A stretch of 64,000 nucleotides of DNA from Cyanidioschyzon merolae (lineage: Eukaryota): NCBI GenBank assembly GCA_000091205.1, contig AP006489.2. The stretch is one strand, 5' to 3'. Positions 32,096 through 43,676 of this stretch are shown here, piece after piece (positions within the stretch are counted from its first letter, which is position 1; every line of letters begins with the position of its first letter). The position numbers and the translations under genes are program-made. The notes under the pieces are model-generated. The model was given only the letters and a program-made list of their open reading frames with translations. It did no database searches and was not told the DNA's origin.

Positions 32096-33493
32096 ATGCC
32101 GAAGAATGGTCTCTCTTTAGGGAAAGTAGAAGCGGTTGCTGCTAGTCTGGACGTTCCCGAGGGCTACCACTGGCCGCACGAGGCCTTCCGTTCCCTCGAC
32201 GTTTTAACTCGGTGCCCGATCTGTGGGGAACACTTCCGCGCGCCTGTGCTGCTTGAGTGTGGCCACAGTTTCTGCAGCGAATGCATTCGTCGTGCGCTTG
32301 TTTATCGAAGCGAGTGCCCGCAGTGTCGAGCGCCCGCCAGTGCAGGGCAACTTCGTCGAAACCGTTTGGTTCAGGACGTTACAACCGCGTGGCAACAAGC
32401 ACGCGAATGCGTGCTAACCCGCTTTTCACCACAAGAGCACGCTGGGAATACGGAATGCCGGAGCTCGAAATTGGAAGCTTCGACTGAGAGCGGCCTCACG
32501 GTTCGAGAAAGAACCGAAGCAGCTTGCCCGGTGCGAGCGGCAGCGCTGACCGCACAAGTTGCGACTAGAGGTCGCGCTCGGAGCGCTCCTGTCCCGCCAG
32601 ACGAGCATACCGCAGCGGTATCAGCTGTTTGGACAGACAGACAACACCAGAATTGGGATGAAGCGGGTGTCTGTTGTGGAAATTGCGAGGAGTCGGCTTC
32701 CTCTGCAGTGTCAATGTCGAAGCGCACCGAACCCAGTCATCGATTCGAAAGAAGCGCTGAACGGGCGGGAGCCCAGCCTCCGAACGGAGGACTGAGCGGC
32801 ATTGCGGCTGTACCGCAGCCGCTTCCAGTGTTTCAGAAAACAGACGACATCTACGCGGAGGATTGGTCGGAGGCTGCTCCAACTCGGACGCCCGCCGCGT
32901 TGCCTGGTGAAGCTGCACGGGCAATGGAGCCGCGCCCACGAAACGATGCAGAGTCGACGGCGACAAGCGGTCACGCGTCGTTCACTCGACGGGCCTCGTG
33001 CGAGAGGATCCAGCAAAGAGACCATACCAAGTATGTCGAGTGCCCCATTTGCAATCGTGCATACCCGCCGGCTTTTATCCAGGTCCACGTGAATGAATGC
33101 CTGGATCAACTGGATGCCGTAGAGGCGAGCGGCTTTCCGGAAGCCGGATCTCGGGCTTTGGCCAAAGCCACCAACACGCTCGAAGACGAATATCCGATGC
33201 GGAAGATTCCCGAGGTTTGGTACGACGGCCTGACTGAACGTCGTCTCCGGGAAATGATTCGGGCGCTCGGCATGAAAGCTCCACCAGCGTGGCTCCGGAA
33301 TCGTCGTGGCCTCATTTACCTGCACCGCGAGTACGTCATTCGACATAATGCGGAGTGCGATGTGGAGCCGGTGACCGCGCGCAAACAGCGACGTAACATC
33401 TGCAGAGAGGTCGAGGAACTCGCCTGGTTCCAGATCGAGTCTGCGAGGCGACCCACACGACCAGAGGCAGCGCGTTCTTCGAATGCAACCTGA
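32096..33493 (+). CDS. RAD18: RAD18-type E3 ubiquitin ligase (RING + UBZ4 zinc finger + SAP domain)
   Basis: RING: CPICGEHFRAPVLLECGHSFCSECIRRALVYRSECPQCRAP. UBZ4: VECPICNRAYPPAFIQVHVNECLD. SAP: LTERRLREMIRALGMKAPPAWLRNRRGLIYLHREYVIRHNAECD (compare human QEFVHMYNAQCD). The domain order matches RAD18. Confidence 0.85.
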   Translation: MPKNGLSLGKVEAVAASLDVPEGYHWPHEAFRSLDVLTRCPICGEHFRAPVLLECGHSFCSECIRRALVYRSECPQCRAPASAGQLRRNRLVQDVTTAWQQARECVLTRFSPQEHAGNTECRSSKLEASTESGLTVRERTEAACPVRAAALTAQVATRGRARSAPVPPDEHTAAVSAVWTDRQHQNWDEAGVCCGNCEESASSAVSMSKRTEPSHRFERSAERAGAQPPNGGLSGIAAVPQPLPVFQKTDDIYAEDWSEAAPTRTPAALPGEAARAMEPRPRNDAESTATSGHASFTRRASCERIQQRDHTKYVECPICNRAYPPAFIQVHVNECLDQLDAVEASGFPEAGSRALAKATNTLEDEYPMRKIPEVWYDGLTERRLREMIRALGMKAPPAWLRNRRGLIYLHREYVIRHNAECDVEPVTARKQRRNICREVEELAWFQIESARRPTRPEAARSSNAT

Positions 33494-34713
33494 AAGCAGA
33501 CGCTTGCTTCGGGCGAGCGTGCTGTCAATGTGCACAGGCGTCGACGATGACGCCTATCGCGTTGCGCTGTGGTATTTTGAAGCATTGAGGCCACTGGAAT
33601 CGTTGTGAACAAGAAACGCTGACGACTTGGACAGATGCATGAGTCTCTTGCATGCTTGCATCGATTCGAGGTAGCTGTCATGCCACTGGGCTGTTTTCAT
33701 GGGAAGCACTGCGTGTCAGTCGTAGATTCTGATGCGTACAGGAGCGCGAGTGAAGCTCAAACTCCTTGCGAGATATTTTCGAACTTGGTTCGTTATACCC
33801 AGTTTTTCCTGTTGGTGCAGTTTGGTGCGAATGAAAAAGACCGAGGAGTCGGTGATGAACGGACGATGAGGCCCAAACGGGGCCAATTGCTGTTCGCGAT
33901 TCATTATTTATTAGAATACGCTACGCATAGGCATTTCGGAAGGGTAAAGTCTGTGCGTCCATCGATACACTGGAGCACCGATCTATTGCCCTTGCTTCTG
34001 CGCAGACCGCCCTCGATGCCACCTTCGCAGCAGTGTGTGTGTGTGTGTGTGTGCTCGTGCGCTACCTCGCGTCAACGCTCGCACATGCCCGTAAACGCTG
34101 TGCAATGTCTGTGTGTGTCTGCTCCGCGCTGCAGGTATAGGTGCGATAGCGAGCGCGCGTAGCAGGCACAGCACCCGGATGACCGCATCCACTGACTTGC
34201 TTCGCCAAAGAAAAGAACGAGTGACTGTCGTTCAGCACCTGGAGGTTCGTAAAACCCGACTCGTACCGCAGAATGGAAGCACGGATCGTCGTCGTTGCTG
34301 GGTATCGAACGTGTCTGGTGCTGCATCATAAATGCTTTCGTCGATAATGTTACGTATCGCGGACTCGGGCTCTCATGGCTCGTGGAAACGACCCTGTGCC
34401 CCCGAACAAAACGAACACAAACACTTCATCCGATCCGAACAGTTCCCCGCAACAGGCCGCGTACCATGCCTGGGAGCACAGCCCCGGTGCACATCGCCTC
34501 TTCAGCGCCCGTGCCGTCGAAATACCTGAACGAGACATGCAAGTCCCAGCCAGTCCAAGCCAGTTCTTCCTCTCACAAAAAGAAGATGCCCGGAAGAACT
34601 AGCGACTGTCGTTTCTGACCGACCGCCTCCGACCTGAAACAAAAACCCGCTATGGTCGCTCGTGGTGCTTGTGTTGGACCCTGCGCGATGTGCGCTTTCT
34701 CGCCAATGCATCG

Positions 34714-36189
34714 CTACGGAGCAGCAAAAGGCTCCGAATCATCGGGACCACGCCGATGCCACCTGTTTTGTGGATAGAGAAGCAGCGCCTGTCGATCCCA
34801 CGAAGCGATCATACCGGGTTTTGCTTCGTCCTTCCAGATCTCCGTCGAACACGGTGGCCTGATGCAGCGCACCAGCACCGTCTCGTTCACTGTTTCGTAC
34901 GAGTCTTCGAGGCCGTACCCGCTGTCCTGGATGAGCCAGTCTCCGGGTCGCCACAGCTGACTCGCGTGCCGCAGCGCACAGTTCTCTGGTCGGCCGACGC
35001 TAGCATAAAAGTTGAAACCAGGTGCTTCGTGGCGGTAATACACCGCCTGCTGCTGCTGCTGCTGCTGGCGGTTGCGTTGACCGTACCCATAACCGAGGCG
35101 AGCCATATGGTATCGCCAACATCCTTCGATGTGCCGCAACATGGCAGCCGGCGCCCGTTGTAGCGCTGGACTGCCCACGAAATGAACGGGGAAAAGCACC
35201 GACGCTCGACAGGGGTAGGTATGGGCGTAACGCAGGAGCAACTCTGGTGGAGCACTCGGGAACGCGGCATGCAGATACAGAAGGTGCCACAGAGCGGTCT
35301 GGTCTAGACTCGCTTGCGGCCACTGGGTGCCCAGTGCGATCCAGTTCCGCACAAATTGCAAGGATTCCGGTGTATTACGGAGGAGAAACGCTCCCGAGTT
35401 AATCTCGGGTCCATCGTGAACGACCACGTAGTGCTCTGGACTGATTCCTTGCAAGAACGTCTGGACCGGAATCGAAAAGTTCGTGATCACTGCATCCACA
35501 TCAACGTACATGAACCAGTCGTACGGAGCGTCTTGCTTCAGTAGACGCTCAAGTGCGAAGAGGCGATTGTAGTGCGGTGGTAGAGGTTGTCCTGGTTCGG
35601 CGTGTCGCTCGGGTGTCGCAGCGACCTTCAACCAGTGATACGGATAGGAATCGAGTAGAAAATCGACTGTCGCTGACCATTTCTTGGCGTAGAGAACTTT
35701 GTTCTGAACCGCGTACGCAAACCGTCGGGCATACGCTGCCGTTGTCGTGCTGAGGAGCGCCACCCGAGGCAGCTGGGTTTCGTGCCCAGCCCCAGGCCAA
35801 AGTGCTCTTGGAGTGCGTTTGCGCGTCAGGGAATAACTACTGCGACTGATGCCTAATTGACATCCTATCCAAGAGCCGATAAGACAACAGGCAACAACGA
35901 AGGCGACGGTCCGACCGACTCGACGGCGTAGGTGACGCTTCATTACCGCTTCAAGCGGCGACGCCTGGTAAGGAACAGCGGTCCCGGCGGTGTCGTTTTC
36001 TGTAGCACTGGGGTTGCAGGCGCCTCGATGCAGGCCGTGGAGGCGTCTAGTGTTGCCACTGGCACGTGTACGGTTTCCCGCAGGTTCAAGAGGCGTTCGT
36101 AAGGACCCGGTTCGTACGCCTACGAGTCCGCGAAAGCAGGACGTGTAACGGACACCAGCTCGAGCAGCAGAACGGACTTTAAGGGGCAA
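34714..36189 (-). CDS. Family GT34-like type-II membrane glycosyltransferase (galactosyl/xylosyl/mannosyl-transferase family)
   Basis: TM anchor TVAFVVACCLIGSWIG. Catalytic region: KVLYAKKW...DWFMYVDVDAVITNFSIP...HDGPEINSGAFLLRNTPESLQFVRNW. The true start is probably the internal Met (MKRHLRRR...) near 35943. Confidence 0.7.
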   Translation of the reverse strand: MPLKVRSAARAGVRYTSCFRGLVGVRTGSLRTPLEPAGNRTRASGNTRRLHGLHRGACNPSATENDTAGTAVPYQASPLEAVMKRHLRRRVGRTVAFVVACCLIGSWIGCQLGISRSSYSLTRKRTPRALWPGAGHETQLPRVALLSTTTAAYARRFAYAVQNKVLYAKKWSATVDFLLDSYPYHWLKVAATPERHAEPGQPLPPHYNRLFALERLLKQDAPYDWFMYVDVDAVITNFSIPVQTFLQGISPEHYVVVHDGPEINSGAFLLRNTPESLQFVRNWIALGTQWPQASLDQTALWHLLYLHAAFPSAPPELLLRYAHTYPCRASVLFPVHFVGSPALQRAPAAMLRHIEGCWRYHMARLGYGYGQRNRQQQQQQQAVYYRHEAPGFNFYASVGRPENCALRHASQLWRPGDWLIQDSGYGLEDSYETVNETVLVRCIRPPCSTEIWKDEAKPGMIASWDRQALLLYPQNRWHRRGPDDSEPFAAP

Positions 36190-37584
36190 CTTGATGCAGA
36201 GCGCAGTACGAATGAGCTGTACACGTTCAGTGGATCAGGCGGTGGGCGATCCTCTTGTGCGTTGCGAACCTGTTGTTGGAGGCGGCATGCTGCATGACGA
36301 CACGCTGATACGCCTGCACGAACAAGTGCCACGTCGCTTTTCCGCATGATATCAGAATCGATATCGATGCTTCTCGGTTCAGAGCTGTAGGTCATCGCGT
36401 GCGTCTGCTACCAATGTTAGTCGGTAGCGTTGGGTACGCGTAGTGCCACGATGTTGCTGCGACGTATGCAGCGCCGAGTTTCGTTTTTCGAGAACGAGGC
36501 GACCTCAGAGACGTTATCAGCAGCATCGATCCCGTTCACGAGCGCTACCGCCATACCTGACAAAAGGCTGATCACAGAAGAAGCAGAGGCCTGGTGATGC
36601 GACGCAATCCATCGTTGTCGACACAAACATGGCGTTTGTCCCGGCACCGAGTCTGGATATCCCGGATCTGCCACAGGACCCGGTCTTTAGCGCGTCAAAG
36701 ACAGGACGGTACGAGTTGTGGTAGCTCGTTGCGATCGAGCTGTTGTCGACACGCGTGCTTTACTAGACCTTGAGCATCCCCAGGAATGAAGTTGTAAATA
36801 CTGCATACCGACGATGCTGCGGTGTTATGGAGAAATTGAGGCACACGCCACTGGAAGCTGTGCAACATTCGAATGCATCTGCCTTGCGGATGCATTGTTG
36901 AGCGGTGGTCATGGCTCGTGGAACGCCATTCGCAGCGTCACATTGTTGCATCAAGAACTGCTCATGCAGAACCTTTTTCGCAGCACAAACGCTACGGTGG
37001 TATCTCGATTGTCGCCCATCTGTGGCCAGCTTGGCAGCCGCCCTACCGACTGATGACCGGAGCATTCGGGGCTTGCCCAGTGGAGCAGCAAGCGAACGTT
37101 TCCAGAGCGACACGTGGACACCCGAAGCGCGCGATCGATGTTGCTACGCTGTCGCTGCGTCTGTTTCTATACTATTTTTCCAATATAGGCCATGCTGGCC
37201 TGCTACAGCGTACAGGATGTGGTGAATCTGTGGATTAGCGGAGAATGCGCGGTTCAGCACGCCTACTAGATTCTTCAAGCCACGACACCGATGCCGGGCG
37301 CTTGCCCAGCACATGCAGGAATGCGAGCAGTTCGTCTATACACACACACACACACATACATACGCACGTGCTGCTTCAAGGATGCGGCCGCTTCTGCAGC
37401 GAGTTTCGCATCGTTGAGCGCGAACGAGCCGTCCGCGCAACTCGTTGCCGGCACGGGAAGCGCTGGCCCGAATGTTGTCGATGCCGCATTCATCAGGCTG
37501 AGGCCAGCGCCCCAGACTCGCATCCCAGGGCAAGTACGGGGCTTGTGCTCGCTCGCCCAGCAATCGTCGGGTGGATATAAGGCC

Positions 37585-39294
37585 TCAGATGACGGCCGAT
37601 GAACGCCGTGCCTTTCGGATGAGAGCGTGAAGTCGATTCTTCACCGCATTCTCTGAACGCCCCTTGAGTTTCGAAGCGATGAAGGCCCACGCTGGCCCGC
37701 GTCGCTCATACTCGCGCAGGATGATGAGATCCTCACGGGCACTAAAGGGCTCGTGCCGAATACTCGGATCCAAATAGTTCCGATATCGTTCACGGCAGCG
37801 GGCGGCAGTACGTCCCGGCAAGCGTGACGCGATCTGCGTCCACGGTATTCGCAGGCCCGACACAGAGACCTGGACATTGCCGTAGGCGTTTCGTGTAGGG
37901 TCGTATTCGCTATCGGGCTGATCATGATCATCATCTTCATGGGGCCAGAGTCCACGAGGTTCCCTATCCCGCGTCATGTGCGCACCAGTTCGCAGCGTGG
38001 ACAGATGCGCTTCCACAAGCTGGCGCAGACGATTGTCCTCCTCGGGGGTCCAGTCACGTCGCTTGCGGTTATCTTTCTCGATGCCGTTATTCAAGGGAAT
38101 GGAATCAGCGAGATATTCTTGCAAGGACGTGTCTATCGTCTGCTCCGTGCCCGGACTCGGCTTTGTTTTGAGCTTTTTTGCCGTCCGGGGATGATCTTCT
38201 CCGAAAGAATCGGGTTCGCCGCCAGCACCCGCGACGTCTCTTTTTAGCGACAAGCTCCGAGTCGGCATCGACGACGATGCCGAGACGTCCGCGGACGATG
38301 TTCTGCGCCCATGGTCGCTGCCTCCACGAGAAGCGCGCAACGCTTCCCATCCGATCGAATGGAGGACCTGCTGAACAGCGCTCGCATGAGAGGCCTCCAG
38401 GAGATGCGCGCAGAAGATGCAAACATTAGGCTGTTGTGTATCTGTCGATAGATCATCGAAGCAGGCGGGGCCAGCGCGCGCTATGGAACTCGTTTCCGAC
38501 AACGGAGTGCTGCGGGCGCGACACCAAGGCGTCGTCGTCGTCGTCGTCGAAGATGCTGACGGGTCGCTGCCCACACAGAACGGGCTCATGGCATCCAGGC
38601 GAGTTTGCGTGTCGAGGTGCACGGGCTGAGGTGTCACCGGCGAGAGCGCTGCTGAATGCGCCGCGGCGTTCGCAGCACCGACGAGGTCGCCTCCATCGAG
38701 CGAAGTATTTAACGGTGCACGCTTCCAGTTTGGATACCCTACACCTTTGAGGTCGTCTACTAAAATCGATGAGCATACGGAGTGCGTCCCGTGGTCGCTC
38801 TCCGACATCGTATCCTGACTAAGGCTCTCGATCGTGCCGGAAAGCGCCTCGGCAGTAAACCTGTGCAACCAGGTTTTCCACCCTTCGGTAAGACTATCGC
38901 TTGCGTACGAGAAACTAGAGTGCTCGTGTGGCTCAGGTCCAAGAAGCGGCAGCCAGTCAACAGGGATACAAGATAACTCGCTGGTACTCTGCTCCCCGGT
39001 TTCCGCACAAGTTGCCATAGAGCATAAAACTTCTAGTAGCCGATGAAGATATTTGGGTATGCCACTTGGCACGCAACGTACCAGAGAAAAAAAGCACGAA
39101 AATATCGTTGTGCTTTCGACTTTGTACACAAAACACCAACACAATTTATCACCTCGAGCAACCGTCGTATGGCTTCGTGAACCCGTCTGCATCGTCAGCT
39201 GTCCCCCGTCGTGCGGTACGTACCGCAAGCGTCTTGTCCCCGAATTCGCGGGCGCATCGAGCGCGCATCGAGTGCGGCGCGAGATCGAATGCAT
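37585..39294 (-). CDS. Myb-domain (R2R3-like) DNA-binding protein
   Basis: C-terminal tandem Myb repeats: WTPEEDNRLRQLVEAH... / WTQIASRLPGRTAARCRERYRNYLDPSIRHEPFSAREDLIILREYERRGPAWAFIASKLKGRSENAVKNRLHALIRKARR. The N-terminal two thirds is low-complexity. Confidence 0.7.
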   Translation of the reverse strand: MHSISRRTRCALDAPANSGTRRLRYVPHDGGQLTMQTGSRSHTTVARGDKLCWCFVYKVESTTIFSCFFSLVRCVPSGIPKYLHRLLEVLCSMATCAETGEQSTSELSCIPVDWLPLLGPEPHEHSSFSYASDSLTEGWKTWLHRFTAEALSGTIESLSQDTMSESDHGTHSVCSSILVDDLKGVGYPNWKRAPLNTSLDGGDLVGAANAAAHSAALSPVTPQPVHLDTQTRLDAMSPFCVGSDPSASSTTTTTTPWCRARSTPLSETSSIARAGPACFDDLSTDTQQPNVCIFCAHLLEASHASAVQQVLHSIGWEALRASRGGSDHGRRTSSADVSASSSMPTRSLSLKRDVAGAGGEPDSFGEDHPRTAKKLKTKPSPGTEQTIDTSLQEYLADSIPLNNGIEKDNRKRRDWTPEEDNRLRQLVEAHLSTLRTGAHMTRDREPRGLWPHEDDDHDQPDSEYDPTRNAYGNVQVSVSGLRIPWTQIASRLPGRTAARCRERYRNYLDPSIRHEPFSAREDLIILREYERRGPAWAFIASKLKGRSENAVKNRLHALIRKARRSSAVI

Positions 39295-39295
39295 C

Positions 39296-39452
39296 GCTGC
39301 GCCACGTCTGCCGATGAAAGACGCTCCCGTTGCAGCGCAAATTAGTCGATCCGCTGCCGAGTGGCGCCAGATCGCTGCGCCACGTCTGCCGATGAAAGAC
39401 GCTCCTGTTGCGGCGTAAATTAGTCGATCCGCTGCCGAGTGGCGCCAGATCG
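39296..39452. repeat. 2 x 78-bp tandem duplication immediately upstream of the Myb gene start codon
   Basis: gctgcgccacgtctgccgatgaaagacgctcc(c/t)gttgc(a/g)gcg(c/t)aaattagtcgatccgctgccgagtggcgccagatc occurs twice with period 78. Confidence 0.8.
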
Positions 39453-40006
39453 ACTAATCTGGACACGGACCCGGCGGCAAGCGGCGCACAGCGGCCGGCC
39501 AGTGATCGCGGATCGAGTGGCGTGCGTGTTTGCCCTTCGTGGACGCGGGCGACTGCGCAAGTGGACACGACACCTCCGTTCAACGGCAGTGCCGCGAATT
39601 TGGCGACGACGACGACGACGATTCGGGGATGAGCGTTCATTGATCGTATCGATGTGAGATGTATCATTTGATTCATGTGGAATCATAGAGTTCAAGATAT
39701 TTGGGGCGGAAGGTTTCAGATGGGTTCGGGTTTCTGTAAACGTTGGGATACGCGTTGCAGGGATACCGAGTGCTTGTAGCGTTGATCAACAGGGTGCTTG
39801 CGCACTCTTGCTTGTATAGGAGCGTGAGTTGGAGGCGTCGCACCGGTGGAGGCCAGTGACGGCGCCGACGGCACCGTTAGCATGGGGCAAGACCCGCGTC
39901 GGCGGGTCCCATTGGGTCGCGCAACTTTTCCGGGACGCACGACATACTTTACAAGAAAATTCTGTGCACAAACGGCATCATGTGTTTCTATTGCCAGTGG
40001 TAGGAG

Positions 40007-41560
40007 CTAAATCACGCCTTCGCGGAGCGGGGTGGTCGGCACCAGCGGTCGACCGGAGCCTGAAAGTCTACCTTGGCGGACGAGCTCCTCCATGCGTTGT
40101 CGCGCTTGCGTCCGGCATGAAATGTGTGCTCTGCGCCTGCTACCGTCGCTCAACAATGCTGCTTCGGTGCTTATAGGGTCGCTCTCCGTTGAACTGAAGT
40201 AGCCATCGACGGCCGATTCAAGTGAATCGCTGCGGCGGAGTCCAGTTGCTGATACGAGGTTCAGATCCGACATGTCTGCGCTCAGCGCACTGGTTTCCGA
40301 GTCTTCCCGCTGAGTTGGTAGAGATTCCGCGGACGGATCTCGCTTTCGGAATGCCGTCTGGATACGCTGCCAATTTGGTGGCTCGTCGGATGGCTGAACA
40401 CTGCCAGTCCATTCATGCACAAATTGGGTCCAGCCTGCAGAGCTCCAGCCTGACGCTTCCTCTACAGACTCAACGTGCAGGTCATATTCCAGAGATACTT
40501 CAGTTTCTTTGAGAACCTCGAGTGTTGGGGCTTGCGTCGCTGGATTCTGGGTGAGATGTTCAGGGCTCGCCTGTCGCCAGCATGGACTAGTCTGTTCATC
40601 GGCGAATGCCGCAGATGCTGCGACGCCCGGGCGTGATCCGCTAAGCCAGCCGCACAGCGTCTCCGTATCTGCACCCGTCTGGTTGCCACTGAACTTGGTC
40701 GACCAGGGCGAGGCCCAACCAGCCATTGCCGATGACGCACCGCAAGCGACCCGTGCTGGCCGCGGTTCGAATTTCGGCTCGATGCACGTATCCGCCTGAT
40801 TGAGCTCTCTCGCTAGCGACCAATCCCCGTCAACATGATGCTCTTGTGTCACGCGTTCAAGATCAAACGATAATGAAGGCAAGGGACATGTGGATCTCTT
40901 CATCGGGCAAGCTCGCTGCGCTGGAGCAGTCACTACTGTTCGCGTCCCTGAATCGTTTTCGGAGGTTGCTTGGCTCGGCGCTTCCGACACCACCGTATGA
41001 GCCTGGTCCGAGGGCGACACCGCGACTCGCGGGCAAACGCTTTGGCTTGGTGATCCCGCGACCGCTCGCCGACTCGTACCAGTGGCTCGCGCCTGCACCT
41101 GCTCGTTGCTCGAGCGGGTGTCCAGTGTGCTGCTGAGTGCACCACGTCGCAGTCGCTCCCGAGCTGCATCTTTTGCCGCCCTGCTTTTTGATTTTAGCCG
41201 CTCCTGATTTCTCGAATAGTAAAGCAGGTTGCGTGTGTACTGGTAAATTCTTTGCTCGTGAAGTTCGAGCCAGCGACGCTGTGCCTCGGACTCGTCTCCA
41301 CTCGGCAAACCGGTAATTCGCGCAATTTCCAATCGAAGAAAGCGCTTTCTCGGCTTGGTCAGGAGGACGCTTGCTGTGACGGCGTCTCGACTCTTGCTCT
41401 TTTCAGAGGAACGGTGCCAGTCGTCGGCGATCCAGTTGCGCACCTCCTGTTGGACAAGCTGTTTCACCACCCGGTGGTACTCTCGCCGCTGTAAGTTACC
41501 GCCTTTTGCGGTTATTTCCCTATACAAAGCATCGTGCTTGTGATCACTCTCATAACCCAT
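40007..41560 (-). CDS. Hypothetical protein, 517 aa, largely low-complexity; no recognised domain
   Basis: This is a long ORF on the minus strand with a basic N-terminal region (RWLELHEQRIYQYTRNLLYYSRNQERLKSKSRAAKDAARERLRR). It could be the spurious product of a GC-rich region. Confidence 0.3.
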   Translation of the reverse strand: MGYESDHKHDALYREITAKGGNLQRREYHRVVKQLVQQEVRNWIADDWHRSSEKSKSRDAVTASVLLTKPRKRFLRLEIARITGLPSGDESEAQRRWLELHEQRIYQYTRNLLYYSRNQERLKSKSRAAKDAARERLRRGALSSTLDTRSSNEQVQARATGTSRRAVAGSPSQSVCPRVAVSPSDQAHTVVSEAPSQATSENDSGTRTVVTAPAQRACPMKRSTCPLPSLSFDLERVTQEHHVDGDWSLARELNQADTCIEPKFEPRPARVACGASSAMAGWASPWSTKFSGNQTGADTETLCGWLSGSRPGVAASAAFADEQTSPCWRQASPEHLTQNPATQAPTLEVLKETEVSLEYDLHVESVEEASGWSSAGWTQFVHEWTGSVQPSDEPPNWQRIQTAFRKRDPSAESLPTQREDSETSALSADMSDLNLVSATGLRRSDSLESAVDGYFSSTESDPISTEAALLSDGSRRRAHISCRTQARQRMEELVRQGRLSGSGRPLVPTTPLREGVI

Positions 41561-42039
41561 GCGATGGACGCACTAGAAAGCGGACGGAACCTGACAGACC
41601 TTGCGCACAAGTCACACTTGTGTAAACAACCAACGTTCATGTGCGAGGAAGCATCTGGAGTATGTCACACGCGTCGTTACGCGCGTGCCGCTGTCGTCGG
41701 TGCCAGCGGGCCGGCGCATGCCTTGCTGCACCCGCCGCAGATGCGATACGCGTGTCTAATGATGACAGAACACGGAGCTGCTGCTTGCTCGGTACCTGCA
41801 CGTGGATTCTGTTTCAGAACTTGCTCTAGGCGGACATCATCGACATTTGGAGTGCAGCGATAAAGGCCTAGGGATTCAGACGTGGGTTAAGGGTTCTCGG
41901 TCTTCTGTTCGAGGTGGCTCGTTCGACGCCTCACCGCTGGAATGCTCTATCTGGTCAGCGACACGATGATTCGCTACGCTCTTGGACAGGAATGCATAAA
42001 CGATCCGATATATGGATCGAATGGATACGTATAAGCACC

Positions 42040-42757
42040 GATACCTCTACGCTGCCCACGAGTAGCATGCGTGAATCATGCATGCTTCAATGTTGCGATC
42101 TGTTTGCATGCGACTCATGGGCGCTGCAATATGCGGCGCTGGATCGACACGCAAACAACACGAAGGCGTCCTTTCATGCTTTGTTCTCAAAACTGCGGCC
42201 AAAAAGTTCATTGTACGTGTCGCGTCGAATGAGCAGTTGGTTTCGAAAGACAGATCCCCTTCTCTTTGCGGTCATCGACGAACGACGTTCCGCGGTAGCG
42301 CGACACATTTCACGGAATATGCTCGCAGAGGTTCCCGCTGCTTCTTTTTGCGTGCGAATGTGTCTTGCACTCGAACTTGAATCACTGCAACGATTGCTTC
42401 CAGTGGAGCATGCGTCGTCGCTTTGCGCGCGAACGGCGTCCAGACGGATCGAGGTGTCCCGACATGTTCTCCAATCTGGATTTTCATTCCGGTGCTTGTT
42501 TCGTAAATAACGACATTGCGTTCCGTAAATGCCCTGTCGAATCGAACAGCAGGCTCTGATGTGCGCAGCGGATAAAGCGTTCGCTCATGGGATCGTCCAG
42601 AAGACGCCCGTGATCGTACGATATGGAATGGGTCGCGAACCCAGAGCAGGATATCCCGGGAAGCCTCATGTACCCGCCAAGGGCATATCCCGAGCGATGG
42701 ACCGAGCGTACACGAGAAACAGAGCAACCCCCGGAAGAGGATGCATGGTGGACACAC
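42040..42757 (-). mobile_element. TnpB/Fanzor-like relic copy D (RuvC-II-like core plus downstream hairpin box)
   Basis: ORF 42272..42757(-) reads ...YPLRTSEPAVRFDRAFTERNVVIYETSTGMKIQIGEHVGTPRS..., aligning with the CPL..FD..VEC.VVYDETSTGK.I.IGEQV core. The box gaagcatgcatgattcacgcatgctactcg (reverse complement of 42061..42090) lies downstream. Confidence 0.45.
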
Positions 42758-43676
42758 CTGGGGACGCCTGACCGCAGTTCAGTGTCACCGCTTCGATAAT
42801 CTCCGCATATACCTTCGGTGCGACCTTCGCAGCGGTGCCCAAAATGTAGATCGCGTCTTTTGGCTGTGCATCAAGTTCAGCGACAACAGCCGAAAGCGGA
42901 AAAATCTGCACCTTATAGACGCTATCCATGCGCTTCGACCCATGACAACGAAGGTGAAGCGCACGGAGAGAATTTCGTGCAGTGAACCAGAAAGAACTGA
43001 TGGGAAAAGGAAGCAGTTGAAGAAGAAGTCTGCAAGAGCCGGAGTTGATAACCATAGGAACACAACAAAACCTGAGTACGTACATCCGAGCATGGCAAGT
43101 GGACCCATTTGCTTTTACACGTTCATATACGCATGTGTAGGCAGCTTGACGAAAGCGTCCCATGCTGGTGCCAACGCGGAAGCGCCCCGCGTGTGCGAGT
43201 TCCCGTTGATACTCAGCGCCCTTCAGGGTGCAGTCAGGAGCCCGGTGCACGCATGTCTGCGCAGACCCGTCAAATCCCAACCGACGAGACGTCATACACG
43301 AACTCCGAATGAAGTGCGCGTCCAACCGATGCGCTTCAAGGCACAGGAACGCGATTCCGTGTCCGAGCGGTGATCGTTGGTGTGTCGCATCGGGCGTCGC
43401 CGGCTGAGCTGGGCATTCGGAGAATCCATAGCCCTGGATCCAGCCTGCATTACCGTTGGTAGGACTGGCATGAGGCTGACGAAACGTTTTCATAGCTCGA
43501 GAGGAGCCATGGCGCTCGATTTCCCGGCTGAAGGCAGCAGCGCAGGCGCCCTCGCGAAATGGGCGCTCTCCATGCCGCGGGCGTCTGCCGCTCGACAACG
43601 AGATTCCTGGTAGACGAAACATGATATGTATCATATGCGACAATCATGAATCTTTCAGTCACCTGCGGACAGAGGC

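Noticed and set aside
42666-43643. 325-aa minus-strand ORF with a C-terminal segment (DSVYKVQIFPLSAVVAELDAQPKDAIYILGTAAKVAPKVYAEIIEAVTL) that vaguely resembles a small alpha/beta domain.
   Set aside because: No family could be assigned from memory. The N-terminal two thirds is low-complexity, and the ORF abuts relic copy D. It is left uncalled.
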